Assembly (NCBI GenBank): GCA_020632335.1
Contig: JACKFV010000001.1
Coordinates: forward strand, 60,001 to 92,000
Length of the DNA: 32,000 nt
Origin: Candidatus Saccharimonadota bacterium
GTDB lineage: Bacteria > Patescibacteriota > Gracilibacteria > UBA4473
Direction of reading: 5' to 3'
Part shown: in pieces, positions 1 to 8,799 of the stretch
Position numbering within the stretch: the first letter of the stretch is position 1
Layout: each line of letters opens with the position of its first letter
Position numbers and translations under genes: made by a program
Notes under the pieces: generated by a model
The model's input: only the letters and a program-made list of their open reading frames with translations
Told to the model about the DNA's origin: nothing
The model's database searches: none

Positions 1-74
1 AGGTGCTGGATACCGCGCCAGAGAGCCTCACTACCGAGGAGCTGGTGCGCTACTTCCTCACCCACCCCGCATGA
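1..74 (+). CDS. 3' end of an upstream gene (partial; product not identifiable)
   Basis: The frame starting at nt 3 is open to TGA 72-74 (..LDTAPESLTTEELVRYFLTHPA*). Its stop overlaps the yidD ATG as ATGA, which indicates translational coupling. rnpA often precedes yidD, but 23 codons are too few to decide. Confidence 0.3.
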   Translation, partial: VLDTAPESLTTEELVRYFLTHPA

Positions 75-307
75 TGCAGCGTCTACTCCTGGGGCTTGTG
101 GCCCTCTATCAGCGTACCGTGAGCCCGCTGCTCAGCCTCACGCGCCACCCGCAGGACATCCCGCACTGCTGCAAATTCTACCCCAGCTGCAGTGAGTACG
201 CCCGCCAGTGTCTGCAGAGGTATCCTTGGTATAGCGCTGTGGGGAGGAGTATCTGGCGCGTGGTGCGCTGTCACCCCTGGAGCAAGGGGGGCGTAGACCT
301 GCCATAA
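71..307 (+). CDS. yidD: Membrane protein insertion efficiency factor YidD
   Basis: 78-aa ORF with the YidD signature CKFYPSCSEYARQC...RCHPWSKGGVDLP and the typical size. Confidence 0.85.
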   Translation: MMQRLLLGLVALYQRTVSPLLSLTRHPQDIPHCCKFYPSCSEYARQCLQRYPWYSAVGRSIWRVVRCHPWSKGGVDLP

Positions 308-314
308 GGCACTC

Positions 315-342
315 TTGCCAGTTGCCGCGGCGCGACTACACT
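315..342 (+). promoter_or_regulatory. Sigma70-like promoter of the PBP gene, leaderless geometry
   Basis: TTGCCA (315-320), a 16-nt spacer, TACACT (337-342), then 6 nt (gccccc), then ATG 349. Confidence 0.5.
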
Positions 343-348
343 GCCCCC

Positions 349-3300
349 ATGCTGCAGCAACGGCGTCGCCCTCGCAAGATAGTAGAGCCAGAAGTCTATG
401 ACTTTGATACCCCTTCCCGCAGGGGCTGGACGCGTATCTTTACGCTGCGGTTCTGGTGGTGGGTGGCCACACGGATTGGCCTGCCGCTCCTCGTCATCTT
501 CCTCGTGGGCAGCTACCTCTACGCACAGTACGGCCTGCCGAGCATCGAAGAAACCGAGGAGTTTCTCTTCCCGCAGGCGTCGGTTATCTACGCGCGCCAG
601 GCACTGGAGGAGCCCGAAAAGAAGGATCAGTACGCGCTGTACCGGCTGCACGGGGGCGAGAACCGCGCCTATGTGCCGCTGAGCGAGATCTCTCAACATA
701 TGATAGACGCCACCCTGGCGGCGGAGGACGACCAGTTTTTCTCGCATCATGGGGTAGATTTCCCCGCGCTGATCAAGGCAGTGGCGGCGCAACTGGGCAT
801 CGGGCCACCACGGGGCGGCTCTACCATCACCCAGCAGCTGATGAAAAATGTCTTCCTCGACTCCCGCCAGCAGCTCACACGGAAGTACAAAGAGGCGCTC
901 CTGGCCTTCAAGACCGAGGCCTACTACACCAAGGAGCAGATCCTCGAGCTCTACCTCAATAAGATTTTTATGGGTTCTAATGCCTATGGGGTAGAGGCCG
1001 CTGCGCAGACCTTCTTTGCCAAGAAGGCCGCCGACCTCAGCATCTGTGAGAGTAGTGTGCTGGCCGCACTGCTCAAGCTCCCCACGCGTCTGAACCCCTA
1101 CGGTCCGGGGGTCGGGGAGCTCATGGGCGTCTACGAGACCGATGAGGAGGGCAACCCCACAGGCGCCTTCACCCCTGGGCGGAAGGATATGGTGCTGCGG
1201 CGTATGCTCGAGGAGGGCTTCATCACCCAGGCCGAGCACGACCAGGCCGTGGAGGAATGCCGTACGCTGGAGTTCCAGCAGACCAAGAGCGACATCCGCG
1301 CGGCGCATTTTGTCTTCCTCGTGCAGCAGCAGGTGGCCGAGAAATACGGTGAAGACATCCTCACCGCGGGGGGGCTGCAGATCTACACCACGCTCGACTG
1401 GGACCTCCAGCAGATCGCCGAGGATACCATCGCTGAGAAAACCACCGACTACAAAACCAAGTACAACGCTAGCAATGCAGCGCTGGCTACCATCAACCCC
1501 GAGAATGGGGAGATCCTGGCCTATGTGGGGGGGCGAGATTACTTCGACGATGAGGCCGACGGCAAGGTGGACGTGCTGCAGAGCAAACGCCAGCCGGGGA
1601 GTAGCTTCAAGCCGCTGGTCTATGCTACTGCCTTCACAGAGGCCGGGCTGGGAGCGGGTACGGTGCTCTGGGACGTCCCCACGGACTTCGGCGCGGGGTA
1701 TACTCCCCAGAACTTCTCGGGGAACTTTACCGGCCCGGTGACGGTACGCCGCGCGCTGAATGAGTCGCTGAACATCCCCGCCATCAAGGCCGCTACCCTC
1801 GCCGGCCCGGAGAACATCCTACAGATGGCCACCACGCTGGGCATCGACTATGCCGGAGACGCGGACATCCACGGTGTGGCACTAGGGGTAGGGGTAGCGG
1901 AGGTGAATATCCTCGGGCATATTAATAGCTTTTCGGCCTTTGCGGGTGATGGTAGCTGGTACACCCCCAGCAGCCTGCTGGAGATACACGATAGCGACGA
2001 CATGGTACTAGACACCTATGACACTGCGGCTAATAAGCACGAGGGCCTGGACCCAGAAGTCGCCGCGCTGGTGCGCAATATCCTCACTGACGAGAACAGC
2101 CGCCCCGTCACGGACGGCTTTGCGTGGAATAAGCTCCTGCAGCTGGAGCAATTCAACAATGGTGTCAAGACCGGCACCAGTAATAAACGCGTGCCCAATC
2201 CTCGGTTCAACGCGTCAGAGCCCGCAGGTGAGGGCAATCCGAAAGAAGTCATCGTACCGGGTGACAGCTGGACCATCGGCTTTACCCCTTACTTGGTTAC
2301 GGGGGTCTGGGTGGGAAATAACGATGGCAGTGGCATGGAGGGCGGCGCTACGGGGCTGACGGTGGCCGCGCCCATCTGGAAGCGCTATATGGAGGACGCT
2401 CACCAGAATCTCCTCAGCCGCGGCACCGACCCACAAAAAACCTATAAAGAGCCCACGCTCCTCACCCCCGTGGTGATCGACAAATACACCGGCAAGCGCG
2501 CCAATGAGCTCACCCCCGAGGGCTGGGGCATCACCGAGTACTTCACGAGCTTCGGTACCCCCAGCAGCGCTGATGACCTCACCTTCACCGAGGAAGAGTA
2601 CGATATGGTGCTGCTGCAACCGGTCAGCGACTTTACCCCAGCGTGGGCCAAGGGAATGGTCAAGAAGGCGCAGCTGCATAGTTATCGCCCAGACTGGCCC
2701 ACGTGGGAGGCCCCCGTGCAGACCTACCTGGCCAAGAGCGACCAGTTCATCGACTATGGCCTAACGCCCGAGGAGCTGGAGGCCCGCCGCGCCATGACCG
2801 AAGAAGAACGTCTCGCGCTGTATGCCACGCTGATGGACGCCTGGCAGGCCACGCAGGAGGAGATCCCTAGTACCCAGGCCCCCGCGACCGTGCCTACGCT
2901 GGACCCCAGCCGCATCCGTAACCAGCAGTACCTGGAGCGCCTGCGCCAGAGTCAGCCCAGCACCACCGCCCCCAGCAGGCCCGACACCGAGAAATTCCGA
3001 GACGAGCTGGAGACGCAGACGTCTGCTGCCGGTGATGCCCTGGAAATCCTGAACCCCAAGGACGGCGCGCTCATTGCCCCGGGGTCGCTGACGATTCAGC
3101 CCAAGATACAGTCCTACCGCAGCCCGGAAAAAGTAGAGTACTACTGGAATAACGAGCTGCTCCATGTGAAGCAGTTTGCCCCGTGGAGCCTGCAGCTGGA
3201 GCTGGATAACCGCATTCTCGCTCGGCCAACGCACACCATACGGGTGGTGGTAACGGACCGCAGTGGCACTAGCCGAGAAGCTACCGTCACCGTCCGCACC

Positions 3301-3384
3301 AGTGATGCCCTGCCAGACGCGGTTTCTGCTCCTCCTATTACCCGGCCACCGGCGCTCATCCCCGAGGAAAGTGCTACAGAGTAG
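349..3384 (+). CDS. mrcA: Class A penicillin-binding protein (bifunctional glycosyltransferase/transpeptidase) with a long C-terminal extension
   Basis: GT51 motifs EDDQFFSHHGVD, GGSTITQQL and RKYKEALLAFKTE. Transpeptidase motifs SSFK, SLN and KTGTS. N-terminal TM helix. The ORF track starts at TTG 322, but I prefer ATG 349 because a -10 hexamer sits 6 nt upstream of it. Confidence 0.9.
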   Translation: MLQQRRRPRKIVEPEVYDFDTPSRRGWTRIFTLRFWWWVATRIGLPLLVIFLVGSYLYAQYGLPSIEETEEFLFPQASVIYARQALEEPEKKDQYALYRLHGGENRAYVPLSEISQHMIDATLAAEDDQFFSHHGVDFPALIKAVAAQLGIGPPRGGSTITQQLMKNVFLDSRQQLTRKYKEALLAFKTEAYYTKEQILELYLNKIFMGSNAYGVEAAAQTFFAKKAADLSICESSVLAALLKLPTRLNPYGPGVGELMGVYETDEEGNPTGAFTPGRKDMVLRRMLEEGFITQAEHDQAVEECRTLEFQQTKSDIRAAHFVFLVQQQVAEKYGEDILTAGGLQIYTTLDWDLQQIAEDTIAEKTTDYKTKYNASNAALATINPENGEILAYVGGRDYFDDEADGKVDVLQSKRQPGSSFKPLVYATAFTEAGLGAGTVLWDVPTDFGAGYTPQNFSGNFTGPVTVRRALNESLNIPAIKAATLAGPENILQMATTLGIDYAGDADIHGVALGVGVAEVNILGHINSFSAFAGDGSWYTPSSLLEIHDSDDMVLDTYDTAANKHEGLDPEVAALVRNILTDENSRPVTDGFAWNKLLQLEQFNNGVKTGTSNKRVPNPRFNASEPAGEGNPKEVIVPGDSWTIGFTPYLVTGVWVGNNDGSGMEGGATGLTVAAPIWKRYMEDAHQNLLSRGTDPQKTYKEPTLLTPVVIDKYTGKRANELTPEGWGITEYFTSFGTPSSADDLTFTEEEYDMVLLQPVSDFTPAWAKGMVKKAQLHSYRPDWPTWEAPVQTYLAKSDQFIDYGLTPEELEARRAMTEEERLALYATLMDAWQATQEEIPSTQAPATVPTLDPSRIRNQQYLERLRQSQPSTTAPSRPDTEKFRDELETQTSAAGDALEILNPKDGALIAPGSLTIQPKIQSYRSPEKVEYYWNNELLHVKQFAPWSLQLELDNRILARPTHTIRVVVTDRSGTSREATVTVRTSDALPDAVSAPPITRPPALIPEESATE

Positions 3385-3412
3385 TTAAACTCTAGAAGGA
3401 CTCCCACACCAG

Positions 3413-3448
3413 AGCGGTTTCCATAAGAAACCGCTTTTCCCCTTTTTC
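3413..3448 (+). terminator. Rho-independent terminator after the PBP gene
   Basis: Hairpin AGCGGTTTC-cataa-GAAACCGCT (3413-3435) followed by the T-rich run TTTTCCCCTTTTTCCC. Confidence 0.6.
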
Positions 3449-3468
3449 CCTATGCTGTGTTATTCCCG

Positions 3469-3544
3469 TGGTCGGGATGACTGGACTCGAACCAGCGACC
3501 TCACGACCCCCAGCCGTGAACTCTACCAACTGAGCTACATCCCG
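3469..3544 (-). tRNA. tRNA-Pro (anticodon GGG)
   Basis: The reverse complement folds as a cloverleaf. Acceptor CGGGATG/CATCCCG, D arm GCTC-AGTTGGTA-GAGT, anticodon arm CACGG-CTGGGGG-TCGTG (anticodon GGG), T arm GCTGG-TTCGAGT-CCAGT, discriminator A and an encoded CCA. Length 76 nt. Confidence 0.9.
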
Positions 3545-3554
3545 ACTCGCCAGC

Positions 3555-3582
3555 ACTATAGAGGCTCCACGGACTTGGTCAA
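3555..3582 (-). promoter_or_regulatory. Promoter of tRNA-Pro
   Basis: On the minus strand: TTGACC, a 16-nt spacer, TATAGT, then 10 nt to the tRNA 5' end. Confidence 0.5.
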
Positions 3583-3584
3583 GC

Positions 3585-3612
3585 TAGACCGTGACAAGAG
3601 AATCACTAGCAT
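3585..3612 (+). promoter_or_regulatory. Promoter of the photolyase gene, leaderless geometry
   Basis: TAGACC (3585-3590), a 16-nt spacer, TAGCAT (3607-3612), 6 nt (atcggc), then ATG 3619. Confidence 0.4.
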
Positions 3613-3618
3613 ATCGGC

Positions 3619-5010
3619 ATGGATTCTCACGCGCTGGTGCTGCTCCACCGTTCCCTCCGGCTGGAGGATAATACCGCGCTGCTGGCGGCGCTGGAGGCTC
3701 ATGAGCGGGTGAGCGTTGGGTTCCTCTTTGACCCGCGGCAGCTGGAGCCTCACCCCTACCGGAGCCTTAATGGGCTGCAGTATCTGCTGCAGGCATTGGA
3801 AGCGCTGGAGGTGGCTGTGGCAGCGCAGGGGGGCACGCTGCACCTGTGGCAGGGGCCGCTGGAGGAGGTGTTTTCCACCGTGATTTCCACACACGGTATT
3901 ACACCTGTGTACATTCATCGTGACTATACCCCCTTTGCACGCTGTCGAGAAAAGGCTCTACAGCATATGGCGAGTACAAAAAATGTACAGCTGTATAGCT
4001 ATGCTGACGTCCTCCTTACCGAGCCAGAACAGGTGAACACCCACACCGGCACCCCGTATAAGGTGTTCTCGGCATTTCATCGTGCGGCAGCAGTGCACCC
4101 CGTGCGTCCCCCCAGACCCTTCCCACATGGGAGAAGGCTTGAGGCGCTCCCCCCAGACCCGCACCGCACCACGATAGCAGCGGTTCGTCGAGCCTTCCTC
4201 CCCACGCTGAATCCGCATATTACCGCTATGGGAGCGCGCAAAGAGGCCCTCAGCCAGCTACAGCACCTGCCCGAGAACTATGCGCAGCGGCGCGACACCC
4301 CGGCAGATACCACTGGCACTAGCCACCTCAGCGCGGCGCACAAGTACGGTACTATCAGCATCCGGGAGAGTTACCAGTCGCTCCGGGAGCAGTTGGGGGT
4401 AGAGAGTCCCCTGCTGCGGCAGCTCTACTGGCGGGATTTCTTCACCCATGTGGCGTGGCACTGGCCGGAGGTCTTCACGCACCAGAGCTGGCAGGGCGCC
4501 TATGAGGGGGTCATCTGGGACCAGAACCCTGTGGCGCTGGAGCGGTGGAAAGCGGGCATGACTGGCTTCCCGATCATCGACGCGGGGATGCGGCAGCTAC
4601 GCGCTACTGGCTGGATGCACAACCGGGTACGTATGCTCACCGCGTCCTTCCTCACCAAGCAGCTGCACCTCCACTGGCGAGAGGGCGAGCGGCACTTTGC
4701 AACGCATCTGGTGGACTATGACCCCTGTGTGAATAACGGCTCGTGGCAATGGGCAGCCAGCACGGGGACGGACGCGCAGCCTTATTTTCGGGTATTCAAC
4801 CCCTGGTTGCAACAGCGGCGCTATGACCCTGAGGCGCGCTACATCTACCACTGGGTGCCGGAACTGCGCGCCTTTACCCCGCAGCAGGTGCACACCTGGT
4901 ATGCGCAGGCTCCCCTTCATGAACTCTACCCACCGCCAATGTGTGACCACCGGCAAGAGGCCAATATTGCCATAGGGCGGTTCAGAGCGGCTAGAGGTGC
5001 ATCATCATGA
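3619..5010 (+). CDS. phr: Deoxyribodipyrimidine photolyase (class I CPD photolyase / cryptochrome family)
   Basis: 463 aa. The FAD-binding C-terminal signature is TGFPIIDAGMRQL..TGWMHNRVRM..ASFL...DYDPCVNNGSWQWAASTGTDAQPYFRVFNP. Confidence 0.9.
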   Translation: MDSHALVLLHRSLRLEDNTALLAALEAHERVSVGFLFDPRQLEPHPYRSLNGLQYLLQALEALEVAVAAQGGTLHLWQGPLEEVFSTVISTHGITPVYIHRDYTPFARCREKALQHMASTKNVQLYSYADVLLTEPEQVNTHTGTPYKVFSAFHRAAAVHPVRPPRPFPHGRRLEALPPDPHRTTIAAVRRAFLPTLNPHITAMGARKEALSQLQHLPENYAQRRDTPADTTGTSHLSAAHKYGTISIRESYQSLREQLGVESPLLRQLYWRDFFTHVAWHWPEVFTHQSWQGAYEGVIWDQNPVALERWKAGMTGFPIIDAGMRQLRATGWMHNRVRMLTASFLTKQLHLHWREGERHFATHLVDYDPCVNNGSWQWAASTGTDAQPYFRVFNPWLQQRRYDPEARYIYHWVPELRAFTPQQVHTWYAQAPLHELYPPPMCDHRQEANIAIGRFRAARGASS

Positions 5011-5072
5011 AGTAATGATGAAGATCACTATAAAATAGTCTGTACAAAGCCTTTACATTCTGTATAGAGGAA

Positions 5073-5735
5073 GTGTTAGTTATACGCATAAACACTCTAC
5101 AAGCCGCTGAGCGGGTCTGGGAGTACCTCTGCAGTGCTGATGCGCTGCCAGAGCCTCTCCAGACGGACGCCATTATTGGTATTGGTTCGCATGATATCCG
5201 CACGGCAGAGACCTGTATACGCCTGCAGAAGGAGACCGGGGCGCCGCTGTACTTCAGTGGTGGATATGGGCGGATAACGCAGTTCACCCAGCAGCTGAGC
5301 GAGGCAGAGACCTTTGCGCAGTATGCCGTGCAGCTGGGGGTGGCGCCCGAAAGCATCCGCACGCGCACTACGGGTATGACCACCGAAGAGAATATCGCGC
5401 ACCTGGTGCCGCTGCTACAGGTGGAGGATTACCAGCACCTTACCCTGGTGCACAAGCCCTACATGCTCCGCATCACCCGGGCCTATGCGGAGCGCTACCT
5501 GCCCCAGTATGCCAAGACCTACACCTGCTGCACGCAGGACCTCGCGCTCTACACCCGGTATGAGAGCTCGCTCATTGCCGACTACACGCAAAGCACCTAT
5601 GACCTGCTGGTCGATGACCTCTACCGCTACCGCCAGTACGCTATAGCGCAAGGGCTAGCCGTACCCCCCGCGGAGGTAGAAACCGCCTGGCAGCACCTGG
5701 TAGATGCGGGCTATACGCGTATGGTGGCGTTCTAG
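5073..5735 (+). CDS. YdcF/ElyC-like DUF218 family protein
   Basis: 220-aa ORF with a GTG start. The pattern AIIGIGSHD...LYFSGGYG...SEAETFAQYAVQLGVAPESI....T..TTEEN resembles DUF218 proteins. The family call is from memory of that pattern. Confidence 0.55.
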   Translation: MLVIRINTLQAAERVWEYLCSADALPEPLQTDAIIGIGSHDIRTAETCIRLQKETGAPLYFSGGYGRITQFTQQLSEAETFAQYAVQLGVAPESIRTRTTGMTTEENIAHLVPLLQVEDYQHLTLVHKPYMLRITRAYAERYLPQYAKTYTCCTQDLALYTRYESSLIADYTQSTYDLLVDDLYRYRQYAIAQGLAVPPAEVETAWQHLVDAGYTRMVAF

Positions 5736-6355
5736 TGTGGGGGGAGAGGCTGGAGGGCACTCATGGGTATCTGCCGCTGGAGTAGCTGCTGGGCCCTGTG
5801 GTGCGTCCACTTGGGGCTGAGGGTGGTGTGTAGAGTGAGCGGCCCTGATGACCGCGTCTGCTGCGCGGCCCACTGCTCCAGCGCTGGGCCGAGGGTCACT
5901 ACCCGCAGCTGCGTGCCGGCCACCCGCTGGAGGACACGCTCGGTACGCGCGTCTGCGAAGATGCCGTGGAGGCAGAGCACCGTAGTAGCTCCCTGCTGGC
6001 GTATGCGGCGGAGCACCGGGCGCAAGAGCCTGGTGAAGCTCACCGTAGTGCTGAGCCCCTCCTCGGCCAGGTGAGTGATGCCCCGCGTAGGAGCCAGCTG
6101 CACTGCGGGAGAGAGCGTCTCTTGCAGAGCAGCGATACCGTCTGTACGGTGGTGGTCATAGAGCAGCGCTATATGCCCAGAGCGGTCAGTGGTGAGGGCT
6201 GCGGCTATGGCTGCAGGCCAAAAGGACTGCTCGGTGAGGGCCCCTGGCAGGCTGCAGCCAATGCCTACCTCCAGCGCAAGGGAGAGATCGTGCTGGGTGG
6301 CGCGTCTCCCGAGTGCCAGCGCGCCAACGCTCTGAGGGTCTGTAAGGCGTATCAT
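5732..6355 (-). CDS. Hypothetical protein (207 aa), translationally coupled to miaA
   Basis: Long ORF on the operon strand. Its ATG overlaps the miaA stop as ATGA (6352-6355). No motif recognised. Confidence 0.5.
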   Translation of the reverse strand: MIRLTDPQSVGALALGRRATQHDLSLALEVGIGCSLPGALTEQSFWPAAIAAALTTDRSGHIALLYDHHRTDGIAALQETLSPAVQLAPTRGITHLAEEGLSTTVSFTRLLRPVLRRIRQQGATTVLCLHGIFADARTERVLQRVAGTQLRVVTLGPALEQWAAQQTRSSGPLTLHTTLSPKWTHHRAQQLLQRQIPMSALQPLPPH

Positions 6356-7119
6356 ACTTTCTCCTTAGCCGAAAAACCGCGCATGTCCACCCACTCGAGG
6401 TCGCTACGACCCCGCCACCAGGTGAGCTGTCGCTTGGCATAGTGGCGGCTACGCTGCTGGAATCGCTCTCTGGCCTCATGCTCGGTGCTCAGGCCGCGCA
6501 GGTAGGCCATGCCCTCCGCGTAGCCGATGCTGGTGATGACGGCCTTATCGACCACGGGCTGCGTCATCAGCCAGGCGCATTCGCTCAGCATTCCCCCCGC
6601 CCACATCTGCTGGCAGCGCTCATTTATCCGCTCATAGAGCTGCTCCCTGGGCCACCAGGTGATGAGCTTCCGCACGGGGAAGGGAGGCACCTGGCGCTCG
6701 AGCGATTTCTCTCCCCGCTCAGCAAAGACGTAGCCCTCGGTCACCGCGTCGCTCCAGAGCATGGTGCCGCCACAGAGGACCGGCGTGGTACCCGCCTGCT
6801 GTAGCGCACTGATGCGCTCCAGCACATACTGCTGCGCGGTGTAGGCATTCCAGCGCTTGGTAACGGGGAGGAGGCTCAGCCCATAGTGTGGGAGGCCTCT
6901 CTGCTCCTCGGGGAGGATCTTCCCGGTGCCCACGTCCAGCTGCTGGTAGATCTGCCGGCTGTCGATGCTGATAACCGCCGCACTCCTCAGCGCCTGCCCA
7001 ACCGCAATGCTGAGCGCGGTCTTGCCACTGCCCGTAGGCCCCACGATGCTGATGACCCCCTGCGGGTGTGCCGCGATGAAGGCCTCAGTCCGCTCTATAG
7101 CCTCTGCAGGAGTGTGCAT
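6352..7119 (-). CDS. miaA: tRNA dimethylallyltransferase
   Basis: P-loop IVGPTGSGKT, followed by SIDSRQIYQQLDVGTGK and the C-terminal YAKRQLTWWR. Start set at ATG 7119 (MHTPAEA..), which overlaps the upstream stop as TAATG. The ORF-track extension to 7290 overlaps the upstream gene. Confidence 0.85.
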   Translation of the reverse strand: MHTPAEAIERTEAFIAAHPQGVISIVGPTGSGKTALSIAVGQALRSAAVISIDSRQIYQQLDVGTGKILPEEQRGLPHYGLSLLPVTKRWNAYTAQQYVLERISALQQAGTTPVLCGGTMLWSDAVTEGYVFAERGEKSLERQVPPFPVRKLITWWPREQLYERINERCQQMWAGGMLSECAWLMTQPVVDKAVITSIGYAEGMAYLRGLSTEHEARERFQQRSRHYAKRQLTWWRGRSDLEWVDMRGFSAKEKV

Positions 7120-7310
7120 TACTCCTGGGGTGGGGTGCGGTCGTCTTGCAGCCAGTGGAGTAGCTTGCCCTTGAAATACGCCCACGCATTGCCAAAGACC
7201 CCCGTGACCTGGTTGCGGGTTTCCTCCTTCCGCAGCATGGTGCCCACCACACTGGCGATGGCGCCGCCGATGACGAATCCGGCGATCCAATTACGTTTAT
7301 GCTTGCTCAT
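7119..7310 (-). CDS. Small YtxH-like membrane-anchored protein
   Basis: 63 aa. One Gly/Ala-rich helix (WIAGFVIGGAIASVVG) followed by a charged tail, as in YtxH-family proteins. Confidence 0.45.
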   Translation of the reverse strand: MSKHKRNWIAGFVIGGAIASVVGTMLRKEETRNQVTGVFGNAWAYFKGKLLHWLQDDRTPPQE

Positions 7311-7338
7311 CAGCAGGGGGCTAACAGGGGCAGTCTAG

Positions 7339-8799
7339 CTAGAGCGGGAGAAATGGCAAGGGGTCCACGCTCTCGGTACCCTGGTAGAGCTCGATATGCA
7401 GGTGTGGCCCGGTGGTATATACCCCCGCGCCGCGTGTGCCGGGCGTCCCTCCGCTGCGGCCGAGAGCCTGCCCAGCGGTGAGGGAATCCCCCACCGTGGC
7501 CCCCAGCACGCTCAGGTGGCCGTAGACACTATAGAATCCGTTATCATGCGCCAGCGTTATGTAGCTGTACCCCAGGCCACCGTCGTGTACCTCTATCACC
7601 TCGCCATCGGCTATGGCCATCACGGGCGTCCCCTGAGGCGCGGCAAGGTCTAGCCCCTCATGCACCAGGCCAAAACTCTGCTGGTAGGCGGCGTCGTGGT
7701 AGGGAGCCGTCACGCGCAGTGGCACCGGCAGTGGCGACTGGAATACCGTCCCCGTGATGGCCTCCAGTGGTTCTTCGGGCATAAAGCGCTCGGTGAGGTC
7801 GTCCTGGCTGGCGGTGGTACTGGTGGCCGAAAGCTGCGACTCCAGCTCAGCGATGCGCTCCTCTAGAGGGAGCTGCGCCGCGATGACCTGCGCCTGGGCT
7901 GTAGCCTCATAGCGCTGCTGATCTCGTAGCTCGGCTATATGGCTGCGGATGGCGCGCTCTGCCTGGCTATTACTGCTGGCCTCTGCTACCAGCCGTTCCC
8001 GTTCCTCAGCCGTGCGCTGCTGCAGCGTCACCTTGGCCTCGGCCATTTCTCGGAGCACCTGGCGCTGCACGGCGGCCTCTTGCTGGCGGTTACTAGCGGC
8101 GTCTAGCATGCTGAGGGCCACGATCTGCCGGTCCTCCACGGTGTCGTACTGCGTGCGCGCGAGGGTGAGCACGTCGGTATACGCGGCGATGGCGAGGGTC
8201 TGTACGCGCTGCTGCTCGAGGATATCCCCGAGGTTCTCGCCCCCCAGCAGCCAGTCATAGAGGAGCGGATCGGCCCCGATGCCACTGCCCTGGCGCATAA
8301 GGTACTGGGTGAGCCGGCGATTTTTCTCCTCCTCGGCAGTGCGGTAGATAGCCCGCAGCGTGTCTTTGCGGCTGGTGAGTTCGTCCAGATTTGCCTGCCA
8401 GTACGCCGCCTGCTCGTCTATCTCGCGGATGCGCTTCTCCATCACCCCCAGCTGGATGTCGATCTGCTGCAGCTGCCCACTCAGGCTCTGGCTGGTGGAC
8501 TGGGCCTGCCGCGCCCCGCTCAGCAACCGGAACTCCTCCTCCGCCAGAGCTGCCAGGCGCGACTCTTGACTAGCGATAGCACGGCTGATAGCGGGATTCT
8601 GCGTACTGAAGGTAGCGGGGAGCGACGCTGTGCTGGCTGATGGGGGGGTTATCTGCCCGGTGTAGAAGAGGCTCAGTAACGCGTCCATATCGCTATCTGT
8701 CTCGGGCGTGTTGCCCAGTGCCCAGGCGCTCGTGCCACCCACCAGCAAGAGCAGACCATTGACCAGATACCACCGCCAGTTACGCTGCGAGTATGTCAC
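7339..8799 (-). CDS. M23/LytM-family metallopeptidase with N-terminal TM anchor and long coiled coil
   Basis: C-terminal HEGLDLAA (HxxxD) and GPHLHIELY (HxH) catalytic motifs. About 300 aa of Q/E/A/L-rich heptad-like sequence. N-terminal hydrophobic helix. GTG start. Confidence 0.85.
   Translation of the reverse strand: MTYSQRNWRWYLVNGLLLLVGGTSAWALGNTPETDSDMDALLSLFYTGQITPPSASTASLPATFSTQNPAISRAIASQESRLAALAEEEFRLLSGARQAQSTSQSLSGQLQQIDIQLGVMEKRIREIDEQAAYWQANLDELTSRKDTLRAIYRTAEEEKNRRLTQYLMRQGSGIGADPLLYDWLLGGENLGDILEQQRVQTLAIAAYTDVLTLARTQYDTVEDRQIVALSMLDAASNRQQEAAVQRQVLREMAEAKVTLQQRTAEERERLVAEASSNSQAERAIRSHIAELRDQQRYEATAQAQVIAAQLPLEERIAELESQLSATSTTASQDDLTERFMPEEPLEAITGTVFQSPLPVPLRVTAPYHDAAYQQSFGLVHEGLDLAAPQGTPVMAIADGEVIEVHDGGLGYSYITLAHDNGFYSVYGHLSVLGATVGDSLTAGQALGRSGGTPGTRGAGVYTTGPHLHIELYQGTESVDPLPFLPL
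8759..8786 (+). promoter_or_regulatory. Promoter of nth, leaderless geometry, embedded in the M23 gene
   Basis: TTGACC (8759-8764), a 16-nt spacer, TACGCT (8781-8786), 6 nt (gcgagt), then ATG 8793. Confidence 0.5.

Noticed and set aside
322-348. TTG 322 as the PBP start (ORF-track start)
   Set aside because: TTG 322 lies inside the spacer of the predicted TTGCCA-16-TACACT promoter. ATG 349 sits exactly 6 nt after the -10 hexamer, as in seven other genes.
271-1308. 345-aa ORF antisense to the PBP gene
   Set aside because: It is a shadow ORF opposite the glycosyltransferase motifs of the PBP.
3452-3712. 86-aa plus-strand ORF across tRNA-Pro
   Set aside because: It overlaps the tRNA and the photolyase start region and is spurious.
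5002-5021. Inverted repeat TCATCA-N8-TGATGA spanning the photolyase stop codon
   Set aside because: It is a six-bp AT-rich stem with no following T-run, which is too weak to call a terminator or an operator.
7120-7290. 57-codon N-terminal extension of the miaA ORF
   Set aside because: It overlaps the YtxH-like gene and is Arg/His/Gly-rich nonsense. The MiaA P-loop follows shortly after ATG 7119, which overlaps the upstream stop.
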